Source: Klebsormidium nitens
Taxonomy: Eukaryota; Plantae; Klebsormidiophyceae
NCBI GenBank assembly: GCA_000708835.1
Contig: DF237195.1
Span: 59,209-123,208 of the forward strand
Direction: 5' to 3'
DNA length: 64,000 nucleotides
Below the pieces are notes generated by a model. It saw nothing but the letters and a program-made list of their open reading frames with translations. It was not told the origin of the DNA and did not search any database. A program made the position numbers and the translations under genes. Shown one piece after another: positions 34,801 through 48,009 of this stretch (within the stretch, counting starts at the first letter, position 1; the number at the start of each line of letters is the position of its first letter).

Positions 34801-37800
34801 TACTGCCCACTTCACAAACCCAACTCCGTCGCCGCCTTCCGCCTGAAAGCACCTTTCCGCAAACTTAACCAAGCGCTCCAGCTTTTGCCGAAACCATCCG
34901 GAAATTTGCACCGGCCCCAGCTCGTCCTCGTCCGGCAGCCACCCGTTCACCATGTAGAACAGCCCACGTGCCTCGTCCAGCGCGTCCGGCGTCCACGTGT
35001 CAAGCAGCGCGCGCGCAGAGCTGATGGCCTCCGACCTCTCCAGGCAGCTGCGGAAAATTGGAGCAACATTCGGCTGTACTGGTTTGTCTTCTGTGGATCT
35101 GCACAAAATCGCCAAGGGCTGGGGTTGCATTATGTTCCGGTACCTGAGATCTTCTGGCAAAGCATGTCGCCAGAATGCGCAGTTAGAGAGAGTCCTTAGG
35201 AGTCCGCCTCTTTTCCTATTTCCGCCATTTGGGAGGCGCGAGGTCATCCTCTTATCAAGCCCGAGTACTTGTGATTGATTGTTCCCTACGTACTCTTTTC
35301 TGCCGCGTCAAAGGTCAGGTTACTCAGGAAGACGACAACGTATCCGATGGAGTTTGGAGAATCCTCAATGGGATGGATATCCAGGGTTTATCCAGAAGAA
35401 TTATCAACACACTGCAATCCGCAGCATATGCGTTCAGGCTCGTGTTCTGTTCCTAGAGTCGTACCTTCGGAAAAGCTTCGCTCACCTTGCAGGACGTGAC
35501 GCCAGATTACCGTTCGCTTCTTCTGTCTTAGAAGCGCTCCCTTCAGGTACGGCCGCCTCCGCAGAGTCAACGACTGGTCCGCTTTTCCTCTTTTCTGCTG
35601 TATCGGCTGCACGCTCGTCCCCCTCTCCACCTGTCACTAACTCTACTAACCACTCACTAAGAGAAAGCTGACTTGGCTGGCCAAGTTTTTGGCTGGCGGC
35701 ATCCGTTTCTCCACTCCCCCGCTTTTCCCGGTCTTTCTCCACTCTTCCGTCCCTGTCGAAACGGTGTTCCCTCAGCGTCTTTCCTGGCACGTTTATCAGG
35801 CCTTCTTCGGGCACCCTCGACTCCCCCGGCGATCTACCCTTCCCTGCTCCGCAAACCCTTTTGGGCGCACCAGTGTCATCGCCCCCTTCCTCCGCCTTTC
35901 TCTTCCTAACCTCAACGCTTCTGCTCGGTTCCTCAACATTCGACTCACCCTCCCTTTTCTGCACCGGGGCTTCCTCCATCATTTTCTCCCCTTCGTCATT
36001 CGCCTCGAGATCTCCGTCCAGCACTTGTCCCTCCTCCCATGGATCCCACCGGTACGCGTGTCGCGACGAATTCTTGCGCATGAAGCGCACGTAGAACCCG
36101 CTCCTTTTCAACATCTCCTCGAACTTGGCCCGACACCAAGCCTTGACGCTGCCGCTGTTGCGGAGCATTGACCGTTCCTCGGGCGTCCAACCGTTCAACT
36201 TCTCGAACGCTCGAACCGCAGTCGGAGGCGAAACCTCATCCCACCGCCCCAGCAGCCCTCGCAGGAACTCTCTCGGCTCAGCATCAGCGATACGTTCCCA
36301 TATCGTCTTATGTTCACCGGAGAGCGGCTGTCCGTTCGCAATATCCGAAACAGGCCCCTTCTCCCCTCCCTCAACTCCTGAGTTCTCAACCACTGCGGTT
36401 TTCCCGCTCCCCGTTGCCGGACTAAGAGCCTCTTCAGCACTTCTTGACACCAATTCTGCCTTTAGTGGTTCTTCCGAAGACTTCTCTTCAGCCCTGGTTT
36501 TCGTTTTTGCGCCGTCTCCGGAGTGCGCCGGTGCGCGCAACCGGGCTTTCTTCTCAGGTGTGACTTGGAGGCGCGGCAAATCGGTGCTAAGCGCATTCTT
36601 CTCGTCCTTACCCTGCGTCACTCTCGCCGGCGAGCGCGCGTGCACGCGAGCACTTTTTGCTGCGGGCGCTCTTACTGGGGCCGCCGAGAAGAGCTCTTCC
36701 GCGTGCATTTCTTTCACTTTCTGCTTGAAGAAGCCCCGAAGGCCCAGCTGCTGCACCCCCGGGTGACTCCTCCGAGGCACGTACCCAAGCAACGTCTCCA
36801 ACCCCTGTCTGACGTCATCATCCGTAAAGTCCAGGAACGGATCCACTTTCTTGAGTGGTTCGGACACGAGAGGATGCGCTTGAATTGTCGGCGTCTCTGG
36901 AAGGTCTGCCGCAGTTGTATCTGTGGAAGGGAGCGGATACGGAAGCTCAGGGGTGGTCCTGCCTCATTTTTCACCTGCATAGAAAGAGGGCTAACCGAGA
37001 CCGATACGATTCAAATGATGTGCTCGCAAACAGCGATGCCAAGGGAGATGGTTGCGAGCGACAAACGTTAGACCTTTTGATGCAGATCAGTTGTGGGACC
37101 GATTCAAGGTGCCGAGTTTCGACAACAATCTAACGAATGCAAGGCGTACTAACCTTGGAAGATGCCTAGGGGAGGAACCCCTTTGTTGAGTGGTGGGGCC
37201 CTCCACGTGTCATCCTGCCAGACCAGGGTGGGCCGAAGGACACCTGTACTGACCGTCTGAGTGCTTTCTTCTCCAGCGCCATGCTTCGGGAAACCGACCT
37301 GCAAACATGGTGGGACTTGTGTGTACTTTGAAGTACGTTAAGCAACTTTGAGACGCTTCAAAGCGCCTTCAGTATTGTCCAGTTATGCTGCAATAGCGCG
37401 TTATTGGCTCCTCGGAACACACGATTAGCGTCAGCCGGGATGCTTCCTGACGATCCCGAGTCAGACAGAAAATGTTGTTTCACAAGGGCCTTGCAATCAG
37501 CTGATCCGATCTGTATAACAGGCAAGGAAAGCTGTGCTTTACGACAGAAGCTACTATAGGCAACTGCAGAATGCACGATCTCGAGTTGCACAGGCGCAGT
37601 CTTTACAGAAAGACTGAACAGTGCTATACTCGAGTGCACGACTTGTGTCTGCTCACGCTGGTTCGAACCTAGCTTTCGGAGAGCTTCAGGATCAGAATGA
37701 TTGTGACCGTGTAGGCGACCCTCACCGTGGCTTGGTCGCCATCGATCTTCTTGACGCGCCCTTCCCACCAGCAATTGTTGAGTGGCACGTCCACAGCGTC

Positions 37801-39332
37801 TCCAGCCACATAGCTGCAACTTCCGAATCAGAGTTAAAAGCTAGCGCCACTTCTCAACCCCCTACTTTCTTACGAAATGGATCATTTCAGCGGCGGCAGT
37901 ATGGCGAAGCCGCACCTTCATAGCTGTTCAATTCCGACAGGCCTCAACGCTATCACCGTACTCGAATCACAGAACAGAACAGATGGCTTACTGTCAACTC
38001 TATCACTTATCGTCTTCAAACTTTGTCCTTTCAGTTTACAATACCGTTTTAATGCCTGACCATCCTCTCATCAATCCCAGCCTCAACTAGTGAGACTGAT
38101 GACATGAGGGCCTGACTGTCAAGTCTGTCAAGGAAGGGACCTCAATGCTGAACTAGCCAGTGCTCTGATTCAAATTTTGAGAAGGCCGCCTCGAAACTCT
38201 CAAAAGCTTCCGGTCCTTACTCTCGTGTCCTATGGAACAGCAGCTCCTGGCCTTGGAACGAGGACAACTCTGCAAAGGTGGTGTAGTGAGGGGGCGGCTG
38301 TGGCCGCGCCATGGGGACCTTCTTGCTCTTCTTGGCTGACTGAGACGGGACAGCCTCATAGAGGCGCACCGTTCGCAAGTCTGCGGTTTGAGTGCTCTGA
38401 TTTTAAACACTTCCCAGCTGCATCCTCAATAGTTTGAACTGACACACACTCACAAGCTGTGTGTTAAGACGTTGATGAAGCTGTTGAGAACAAGGGAACT
38501 GAATTAATGCTCCTTTCAAGCCTGGCAGATAAGCCTCGCCAATGTTTATTCAGGGAGTCTTTAAATGATGGAAGCGCTCGATCAAAGCTTCACCGCAGGT
38601 CTCGCACTGACAAGTGGTGCTTTGTGATGTCCACCTTCATCCAGTTCTTTAGCCGAACTCTAGTTATCTAGGTTGCCCCAAAAGTGACCAGAGTGTGAGA
38701 AGACTGCAGATATGATGCTTCTTCTGGTCAACCTCCAGTGTAGCCAACATGTTTCCTCACTGCCATCATGATTTGTACAGTTTGGAGGATCATCTTGACT
38801 AAAAAGATTAATACCTCCTGACTTATAAGCTGATCCATAGCTGAGATCTTGGGACTCACCATCGTCAAAATTCAAACACCGCACATGCAAGTATATCGCT
38901 TCTGCTGCCTCGCCGTATGAAATGTCCAGAACCTGTGAAAAAGCAGAAGTCATTACATTATAGCAAGCTTCTTCAGAGCTCCACATTGCTACCTAACGAA
39001 ACAAGATCAAGAGCTCAGAAGAAGTATGCAAGGATCAAGATAATTGGACAATCTCTCCCCAGGGCATTGGGAAGGTATGTCAGCTTCCTTCTGGTAGGAC
39101 TGCATCAAGAGGAGTTTGAGAGCTAGTCAGTCGATGAAATATAGGGTATGTCTGTGCCTGCTGCACTGGCTCTGCCTTGGGGCTTGATTGAACCAGGGTG
39201 GAACTCATCAGCTCTTAAGCTCACCTCTGATTGAATCCAGGCTCCTTTGCAGCCACTTCTGGAGCCCCTGTGTTCGATAATGTCTCCTACTTGGAGATTG
39301 CAATGCTGTGGAGCTCCCTTACAAGCCGCCAT
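31833..39332 (-). CDS. Agenet/Tudor-like domain protein, paralog 2 (long modular C-terminus; frame anomaly near 34.1-34.2 kb)
   Basis: Exons 39332-39225 (LQVGDIIEHRGSRSGCKGAWIQSE), 38932-38860 (VLDISYGEAAEAIYLHVRCLNFDD), 37813-37726 (YVAGDAVDVPLNNCWWEGRVKKIDGDQAT), 37298-37154 (VGFPKHG...LRPTLVWQDDTW), 36920-35490, about 35300-33750, a possible micro-exon at about 33548-33519, and about 32800-31833. Middle and 3' structure are partly uncertain; the distal part could be a separate gene or a pseudogene. Confidence 0.65.
34195..34500 (-). repeat. Coding tandem repeat with 180-bp period
   Basis: GVDNGWEVAAGNAETRAELGESGNPTLDDV versus GVFNGGEVVAGNAETRASPIEDGNSALDDV; the DNA copies start at about 34261 and 34441. 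Confidence 0.8.
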
Positions 39333-40240
39333 GAAGCCTCACATCGTGGTGGGAAAGACCACCTTAAGGCAGTTGTGGATACTACTATAATGTTGTGGCT
39401 TGCGAGAGCCGCAAATAGGACAGACCGCTCCAAACCACCGCCTGCCGTTCAATCCAATACGCAATGCAATACTCCCACCCTGTTTCTGTCCTGAACAGCG
39501 ACTCGTTCAACAATCAGCTTCTTTAGACTCAGTTCATGGGTATCTCTTGGGTAAGGGGTACAAACTGGTATGAACTGTGTATGCCCTCAAATTTTAAAGC
39601 CTGCCCACTTGTGCCCACCGTCCAGCACAGCTAGCACTGTGACTAGTGTAGTGCCAGCACAACAGGGCGCTGCATATGGCTCAGCGCGACCGGCCGGCCG
39701 CGCGCTACTGTGACCTATGATTGCCCAACTTTCAGGGCTTGAGTGAGGGTTTTGCGGGCGCAGCCGGCCGCGCCGCTGTGCGGCCACGCGAAAGACTTAG
39801 TACACAGGAACGGTCGGTGCAACTTTTTGAAACTTCGCGCGCTGCATTCAACGCTGAAATCAAAAGAGGTGAATGCGAAGTTCTACGATCATTCGCTGCC
39901 ACATCAGGCTCGCCTCCAATCGGGTACTAAGTTGTGCGTCCATCGGGTCTCTGTGGCTTCCAATGCCGTTTGTTGCCCTTTTGTTGCAGTTTTCTCGTTT
40001 AGTCCAGGCCTTGTAAGGGCTGCCTCTTAATGCAGTGTTCCAGCACTCAAAACTTGCCACCAAGAGTTTGACATCCATGAGATGGCAATCAGCCTTTGAA
40101 GTTTCAGAAAGATGACAGCTTGCCAGATGCGAACAGCATTCTGCAGCAGTGCGGCTTCTTCCAGGGACTACAGTGACACGGAGAGCAACGACCATCTACT
40201 TTCTCTTTGAAGGAAAGCCTTGACTATCTGAAGTCTGAGG

Positions 40241-43200
40241 ATGGAGGAGACAACAGCCACAACTTCCACAACTCGACTGTCTGCATTGACTGACGTCACA
40301 CAATTCATCCAAGCTGGCTGCACAATAGAGCACAGGAGCTTTGAGAAGGGGAAGAGAGGATCGTGGTCGCAGAGCGAGGTGCTTGGCGTTTCTCAAAGTG
40401 TACTTGCAAGAAACATCGATGATGTCGTTTGCATAGCGTAGGAAAAGAGATGGAAAACGAGTGGCATGCTTCTTGTTGTCTGTACACCAGAGACGTTTTT
40501 CAGTACCTTCCTCCCACTCCGAACTCCTTTCATGTCAATAGTCATTCTTGTGAAAAAGATTTTGTTTTGAGAACCAATCCCAGTTGCCCCTAATCTTTCT
40601 CATTCTCGTGTGCACAGATTGTGGATGTTTCCTATGGACAGGCTGCAAAGAACATCTACCTGCACCTCAAGCCGGTTGGTCTTGCTGTCGAGGGTGAGGA
40701 CACATCTGAGGCTTGTATTAAACGCCACAGCTTTGAAAAATCGGCGCATGCTTTAGTCTGCTCTGAGTTGACATAAAATAGTCGCGGCTTTCAATGCCAC
40801 CTGTCATGTACAGGTCTCTTCTATCCTGCAAAAAGAAATCATCGTATCTTGCGGCTCTCTATGTGGATTGATCGAAGCGGCTATTTGTTGCTATTCTTGT
40901 TGTCTGGAAGGTCACACAGCCTTTTAGATATTTATTTGATCTTGGAGCTGCGCTTGCGTTCTGCCACGATTCGCAGGAGCCACCTGTCTTTTTTGCCATT
41001 ATCATTAGAACCTCCACATGATCCTATTTTGCCCCGTTTGCACAAGCGGTTTGTTTCTCCCTGTCAGTTCACGCCTTGTTTTATTCCTTCAACCGAAAAG
41101 CTCAATGATTGCTTCCTTCCTCGAAATTTAGGGCCTTTGAAGAATCCTTCATTTCAGACGATATAGTCTGAAATAACTTTTCCAACACGGTATCACGCCG
41201 GAAACATCTCCACGCTAACCGGCTGCTACCATTAAGCGAAGTTCCCTTCTAAGTACTGGATTCCTGTTTTGCCCGTTCTGGTCAAAACAAAGTCGTCACA
41301 TCGACTCTTCAAGGACAAAGGCAGCCTTTTGAGGTTGCTTATGCTCTGATCAAATCTGTCTCAGGAACAAAAACCATCAGCCTTTATGAAGCATCGCCGG
41401 AGCAGACACAGACTCAGTCTTCCAGATTGAGTCTCATGGCGCGGCCAATACCGCCTGTCCACCTAGACCTAAGCGAGTCTAACAAGCTTGAGGTGTCAAG
41501 CTCGAACAGCGACCTTCTCTTCCGCATCACGCGACCGTAAGAAACGAACAGATCTCGAGTTGCATCTTCAGTCTGCTTGTCCCATTCTTGTACATGTGTA
41601 GACACTTGCAGTACATTGATAGATTTGAAAAACAAGAAGGACCAAGTGACGGCATCCGGCCTGCAAGTTGTTGTTGTTCGTGCAGCGGGGTCAGAATATC
41701 ATCAAAAGCTTGCTTGCAGGGTCTTTGGCGGGCTTTTTTTGACACTGGATTCGTCAGGCTTGGCAGTCAGAGGATCCTCATTCAGCCGCCGACAATTCCC
41801 TTCTGGCTTCTTACAACGCCTTTGCGGTTGTCACTTTCCACAGTCATCGTACCTACTATACTGCTTGAAGACTGCTTGTAGACCAGTTTGTGACAAGAAG
41901 ACACTCCATCTGATGACACCTACTACCGCTTGAAGACAGCACTGATTAGAAGATTTGATGGTAATATTACTGATGCCAAACGTTTGAACAGCTCACCCCA
42001 TGTCCGTTTCTAGCAGTTACGAAGCTGGTGACGCGGTCGACGCTCTCGTTGATTCGTGCTGGTGGGAGGGCCACGTCACGGCTGTGTGGGGAGAAAACGT
42101 CAAGGTCAGACACCATCTTTTCAAGCCCTGGTTGAAGACATTCTCATCTAGATCAGCTCAAGCCCCGGTTGTCCTTTCAATATGAGGAAGCAGAGCTGTT
42201 CTCTCAATATTGTCTAACTCGGGAACTCAATTTGAGGACTTTTCACTACTCTGGTCGAAGAAAACATAGTCGACTCGTGGAGCCTGCTCTTCAGATGTTA
42301 ACTTTGCTGCAGCTGTTACTAGTAACTTCTCGCAGCGTTGTCAGGTACAAATATTCCACGTTAACGCTGAGGCTTGCCTTCTGACTCCCTTCACCTGTTT
42401 CGTCAGGTATCCTTCAAGAGTCCGCCAGAAGGAGAGGGAGGAGTTTTGACCGTCAACTTCAAGGACTTGCGGCCAACACTGGTCTGGAGTGACGGCAAGT
42501 GGACACTTCCTGCAAGTGAAAGCAGCTCCAAGAGACAGATAGGCTTGTTTGAAGGTAGGCCGAACAGAATATGGTGCACTTTGACCAGACAAAGCGCAAG
42601 GTTAGCCAAGTTTGACATCACAACTTCGTCGCACGCTGCTCAAGCATCACATTTTCCTTCTTCGAAACATTCCCATCTCTCTCTTCTCTTCATCCACTTC
42701 AGTGAACTCTGTCTGTATTCCCCCTGTACTAAATAGCAAGAGCACACTTCTAAGCTTGATTGCTTCAAATAAGCGTGACTTCGAGGACTATAGTTTCAGC
42801 AAGCTGAAACATCCTTGGAATCCCCTGTGCAGACGCAAGAGGGCACATCATCCTGGACGAAGACTCTGAGAAACTTGACCAACTTCAGGCAGAAGATGAC
42901 CGTCTAGAGTCAGAAGACCAGCCAGAGAAGGATAGCGCATCGGCAGCCGTTAATCCCTTTCCCAGTCTCACGGACGAAGACATCCGGCAAGGGTTTGAGA
43001 CGCTGCTCGGTCACGTCCCCCGGGCAACTCACCCGGGCGTGCAGCAGCTGGGCCTCCGGGGCTTCTTCAAGCAGAAGGTCATTGAGATGAATGCCCGGGA
43101 ACTCTTTCCTGGATCGGCCGGATGTGATCACCAGGTTCTCGAGGCGCAGCATGCTGAAAAGATTGGCGAAGACACTGAGTGCTTGGGGGAAAGGAAAGTA

Positions 43201-45834
43201 AGTGCTGATGAGCAAGAAAGCGGGGCCCGGAGTCAGCCTCAGAGGACAAAAGCCAAAACGGCGACACATCCTGAGCCGCAGAACAGAGACGGAAAGTACG
43301 CTGATCCTAAGAAAGTCACCGTGACGTCAGCACAAAAAGCGGACCGGATCATCCGCAATCTGCTCGAGCGGTGGGAGGACGCGAGCCTAGCAGAAATCGC
43401 CACGGCCTTCGAGTCGATCAACGGTTTCACTCTCAGCGGTCCGGAAGAAGAAACAGAGGCAAAATCTAAAAGCCGCTACGAAAAACAGTTCCTCAGAATG
43501 CAAGAGACGGGCCAGCAAGTCAAGTGGACTTACCGGACGGACACGCGCCGCGGCCGCACCGTGAGCCGCTGGGTCCTGCGGCTGAGACCCTGGCCCGAGG
43601 CGCGTGCCGGTAAAGCGCGCGAGCGCGACCGGGGGGGCGCCCGCAAAGGAGGCGCGCATGTGGCGGGACTGGAGCCGCGCGCCGCGGCTGGCGAGGTGCG
43701 CGAGCGCCACAGCGCGGGCGTTCAGGGAGAAGGCGCACACGTGGCGGGACTCGAGGCGCGCGACGCGGCCAGCAAAGTTGCCGAGCGTCAGAGCGCAATC
43801 GAGGTCCCCAAAGGAGGCGCGCGCGCGGTGGGGCCTGCGGCGCGCGGCACCGCTGGCAACGTGCGCGCCGAGCGTGGGAGCGGCGAAGAGGTTCGCAACG
43901 GAAGCGCGCGTGGCGCTGGACTCTCCGCGGCGCATACCGCTTCCGGCCACGTAAGTTCCGAGCGCGACAACGGAAGCGTCCGCAGCGGAGGTGCCCGCGG
44001 CCCCGGCCAGCCGCGGGTGACGTCCAAAGCGGAAGCGATGCGCGTGATCCGGCCGCTCCTGGAGCGCTGGGAGAGCGTAAGCACGGCGGAGGCCGCGCGC
44101 GCGTTTCTCGCACTTGCGGGTTGGCGGCCGCGCTGGCGAGCGGACGGGGCCGTGAGGTTGAAGGCCTGGTACGAGGAACGTATCCGCAAGATGAAACGGC
44201 TGGGGAAGCGGTACGTGAGAATCAAGGCCAAGAAGAAGGACGAAAAGAACAGGAGAGGCGCGTTTGATTACCGTTTCAGGCTCTGGCCCGACGACTGGGC
44301 TCGCCTCCAAGCGACATTCGGTGCGAAGAAACCGAAAGCGTCGGAGAGCGCGCACGCGGCCGCGCGGAACGAAGCTCCATCGCCTGCAATGGTCATCGCG
44401 AAGAGAAAGAGAACGAGGTTTGGAGAAGCGCCAGAGGCGGTCAACGCGAGGGCGACAGCTGTCAAGAGAACCGAAGGAAATGCTCGGTTGGACGAAGCAG
44501 GGGAGTTTGCAAGACAAAAGAGACGCTTTTCGGTCACGGAAGAGGACGGGTTGTGCGACAGGGCAATGTTTGGTTCTGTTGAGCTGAGAGTCTTGAAGGG
44601 CTTCAGAGAGCGAGAGCCGGAGAGGAAGGCTTGCAGTAACGGACTACCAGTAGATGGCAACTTGCAAAGCGTTCGAGAAGCAAACAGAGACAGGCCCGTG
44701 GAAAGTGCGGGGATGAGCAAGGAGGGAGCTGCAAAAAGGAGACCGGAAGAGACCGGAGCGCGTCGCGAGGTCTGTCAGGAAAATACGGCCAACCTGGACT
44801 CAGACGGTCTGAACGAAGACGACTTTCTTCACTTCTGCTTCCAGGTCCGCGGCCGGGGCGAGGGGGCCTGCGGACGGTCCGATGGTCCGGTCACTCCGGA
44901 ACACCAGAGCGCATGGTTGCGGGAGCTCGGACGGGAAGTGTCTGGGAACGAGAACGGAACGCGTGCCGAATTCCGGTCTCCGGTTCTGGTCCCCACGCTC
45001 GGCGGTAGCAAAGGATTGCAGCCAAACGGAAGCAAAGTCGTTCCAGGGCTTCATTCGGAGGATAGTCCAGACATTTGGGGCGGGGTCGAGCGGCAGCGGC
45101 CAGCCGCGGGCGGCACGCGCGTACTGAAGACATCAAAGGGGTTTGCGCAAAGGCGCGGCGAGCCTAGCGCGGGCGCGCAAGCCGAAGCGCGCGTCCACGG
45201 CGCGGAGGCAGCAATGGAACGGATGCGCACAGCGCTGCGCGGCATGACCAAAGCGTCGACTGCGTACGTCCGGCAGGTATTCCGCTGCGTAACGGGCTGG
45301 GTTCCGGCGGAAGAGTCCCTGGAGGAGAGCGGCTGGAGAGTGAAGGACTGGTACAAGACGTCCTTTGAGGAGATGCTCGCTGCCGAGGAGGTCATGGTGC
45401 GCGAGCGCGACGCGTCGGTTCCGGGTGGCTTCCGGTTCCGGCTGGAGGCCTGGCCGGAAGAGAGTGCGGCTGACGAACGGGCAGGCGCTGACCGGAACCG
45501 GAACGGCGGAGAAAAGCGGAAGCGGTCTCAGGAGAACGACGAAGCAATGAAAGCAGGGCGGTCGGAAGGGCTCCACGGGACAGAGGCTTTGATTGGCTCT
45601 ACCGGTCACGCCGCTGATCACGTTGAGGAGGCGGCCAGAGAACTGAAGTCGATAGATAGCAACCGGTTAGAAGGAGCCCGAGTCTTGGCGGAGTTGCGCG
45701 TTCAGAAGAGAAAGAGTGCAGAATATGTGGACGGAGACCTTCGGCTGAATCGGATCAGAAGGACGATGGCGGAGCAGACTGGTGGATCACCGCAAGTTCG
45801 GGCTGCTAATCCCCTAGTGTGCTTGTCGGATTAG
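40241..45834 (+). CDS. Agenet/Tudor-like domain protein, paralog 3 (head-to-head with paralog 2)
   Basis: Exons 40241-40378 (IEHRSFEKGKRGSWSQSE), 40618-40693 (IVDVSYGQAAKNIYLHLKPVG), 42017-42104 (YEAGDAVDALVDSCWWEGHVTAVWGENVK), 42407-42554 (VSFKSPPEGEGG...LRPTLVWSDGKW) and 42833-45834 (3-kb terminal exon containing ORF 43039..45834). Exons between 40.7 and 42.0 kb are unresolved. Confidence 0.78.
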
Positions 45835-46640
45835 GTTGAAAGAGTCGACACAACTTAAGAGTCTGATCCAACGTATCAACATACCCGGCGATGTTCGTAA
45901 GAAGGTATAGATTCCTTCATGGTGATTGATGCAGTAGGCCGAAGTATATGCAGCAATGTGCTTTCTCAGAGAAGCCTTACGTTGTACAACTGGCTACGTC
46001 AGGGGACTGAGACCGGACCGTAAGACGATGAGACGGAAAATATTGGATCAGTTAGAGGGTCTCTAGAGAATAAAACGTATTTCCTATATTCCCAAACGCG
46101 AAGAGTTGACATTCAAGGTTTTCGATTCAGAACCGCAGCGCCTAGCTCCCGGTTTGCAGATTGTAAAAGTGCCTGTGTGTATGTAGAGCTACTTCCCGGT
46201 TGCAAGAATGATCTTGCCGCCAAGGATTTCTTTCTTTCTGAACTGCACATTCACATCAGTGCACATAGCAGGTTCGAACATGATGCACCTGTATCCAAGT
46301 TGTTCAATCGACTTCGGCGGCGCACTGATTCTCATGTAATTAACAGGCACATAAGAAAGAAGTTTCATGAGCAAGGACGATATCAAGCGATAACTGGAGG
46401 CACTGATATGGTCCATCATTTGCTTGCTTCTTCCAAAGTACAAGCCTAATTACGCCGCCTCATTGACTGTTCAAATAGAAGGTAAGAATAACGTGCTGTA
46501 CTTGTTAACTTGCACCGGAACTTACTAAACCAATCTACCCTTTTCGAATGTTCCTGCAAACTTATTTGCACATGACTCCACCATGTGCTCTACACGAAAG
46601 CAAGCAGACATCCAGCACATTTATCCAGCACTTTCCGCTG

Positions 46641-47444
46641 TCATGGGAGCGTGCCACTACCGGCCTGTTCTGCATCTCCTCCCTTCTCCCAAGGGGCTCG
46701 CTTCGCGGTTGCCTTTGCAGCCTCCCGTTTTAATTCCTTCTCCACCCCTGCGGTGTCACGCAGCAGCTTCCCAATGCTGCACACCAGTTGCTTCACGTTG
46801 CTCCCGTGCTGATAACTATCATGGCCGAGGAGCATCATGTACGCATAGTCGGACGTTAAGCTTTTCATCGTTTGCAGCAGTTGTATGACCCTCTCGAGCA
46901 TCAAGCTCGCCTCCGTGGGTGCCAACTCTTGGCAGGCAGACTGAAGGCGCTGACCCAAGCCGTGCAGAAACGAAGGCCACAGCTCCTGCGAGCCATTCTT
47001 GATGTGAATGGCCGCCCTCTTGCTTGTGAATGTCTGTATAAGGAAGCACGCAACCAAGCGAATCGTCCCATACAACTGCTGCCCAACCTTTGCCTTCTGC
47101 ATGAACAAGCACACTTCTGCAGCAAATGCGCTCGGGAACTGGTCCCCATACGCTCTCCAGCAGCTGAGCAGCCTTGAGGCTTGGAGCTCAAAGTGGCCCT
47201 CTCCTTTGAAGTAGTCAGATTCGGTGGAGGTGACAACTTCGTTCAGCACCCATGGAACAACCACCGAAGGCTCGGGCATGTCCATGTCAGCTTGCTCTTC
47301 TGTTGCGAACGCTTCTTCTGAAGAATCAGCCTTCACATAAGAGGCACCCTTTTGCAGCTCTTCTGGGGTGATTGTGCCTGCGCCAGGCCCCCACCTTGCC
47401 ACGAACCAGTCCGCAATGTCCATGGCGCTCAGACATCCGCCCAT
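46641..47444 (-). CDS. Single-exon hypothetical protein, about 267 aa, with N-terminal MGGCLS
   Basis: Uninterrupted ORF with helical-looking composition and a GC-rich upstream region. No family recognised. Confidence 0.6.
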   Translation of the reverse strand: MGGCLSAMDIADWFVARWGPGAGTITPEELQKGASYVKADSSEEAFATEEQADMDMPEPSVVVPWVLNEVVTSTESDYFKGEGHFELQASRLLSCWRAYGDQFPSAFAAEVCLFMQKAKVGQQLYGTIRLVACFLIQTFTSKRAAIHIKNGSQELWPSFLHGLGQRLQSACQELAPTEASLMLERVIQLLQTMKSLTSDYAYMMLLGHDSYQHGSNVKQLVCSIGKLLRDTAGVEKELKREAAKATAKRAPWEKGGDAEQAGSGTLP

Positions 47445-48009
47445 CGTAACGCCGTTCGAGAAGACGCGCTGTTGACTATGAACAAACACTGCTTGAGAAT
47501 ATCTGCCGAGATGTAGTGGTCAGTCCCGGTTCTTGCAACGCGGCCGCGAAGATGGACAAGCGGGCCGGCCGCCGCGGTTTGGACAAGGGTTTTGGGGATG
47601 GCGTGAGTGGAACGCGGCCGCAAGCACGCTTGCCGGCGCTGGCGCGCGGCGAGGCTAGCGCGCTCCCCGACGGTACGCGTCTCGGTGCCAGTATAACTTG
47701 CCGGCTAGACTCTCTTAGCGTCTGGAACAGACAGTTCACGACTGGCACGTACTCTGCCCCTGTCGAGTGCAAATGCAGCCGCTACTGTTTACTTGGTTTG
47801 CCGTGAAATGAAGAGGGACAACGGGATCCGAGTAGTTGGGGTTCATATCTGCCAGAGACTGAGTCCTGAAGGGGGTCTGATACTCCTTGACGGCCATGGA
47901 TTATACATCAGGGGCGAGAGAAGATTTTGGAAAAAGCATCATAGGTAGGCTTCAGCTGAGAAATCGAGGAACTCTACCACATGCGGGCGGCTGCCTGTCA
48001 CAGGCCCGT

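Noticed and set aside
43387-44517. 376-aa minus-strand ORF, and similar ones at 33733-34617 and 36125-36766
   Set aside because: Antisense to Agenet-family exons; low complexity and no motifs.
31200-46200. One large transposon encoding the head-to-head Agenet pair
   Set aside because: No terminal inverted repeats, TSD or transposase motif seen at either end.
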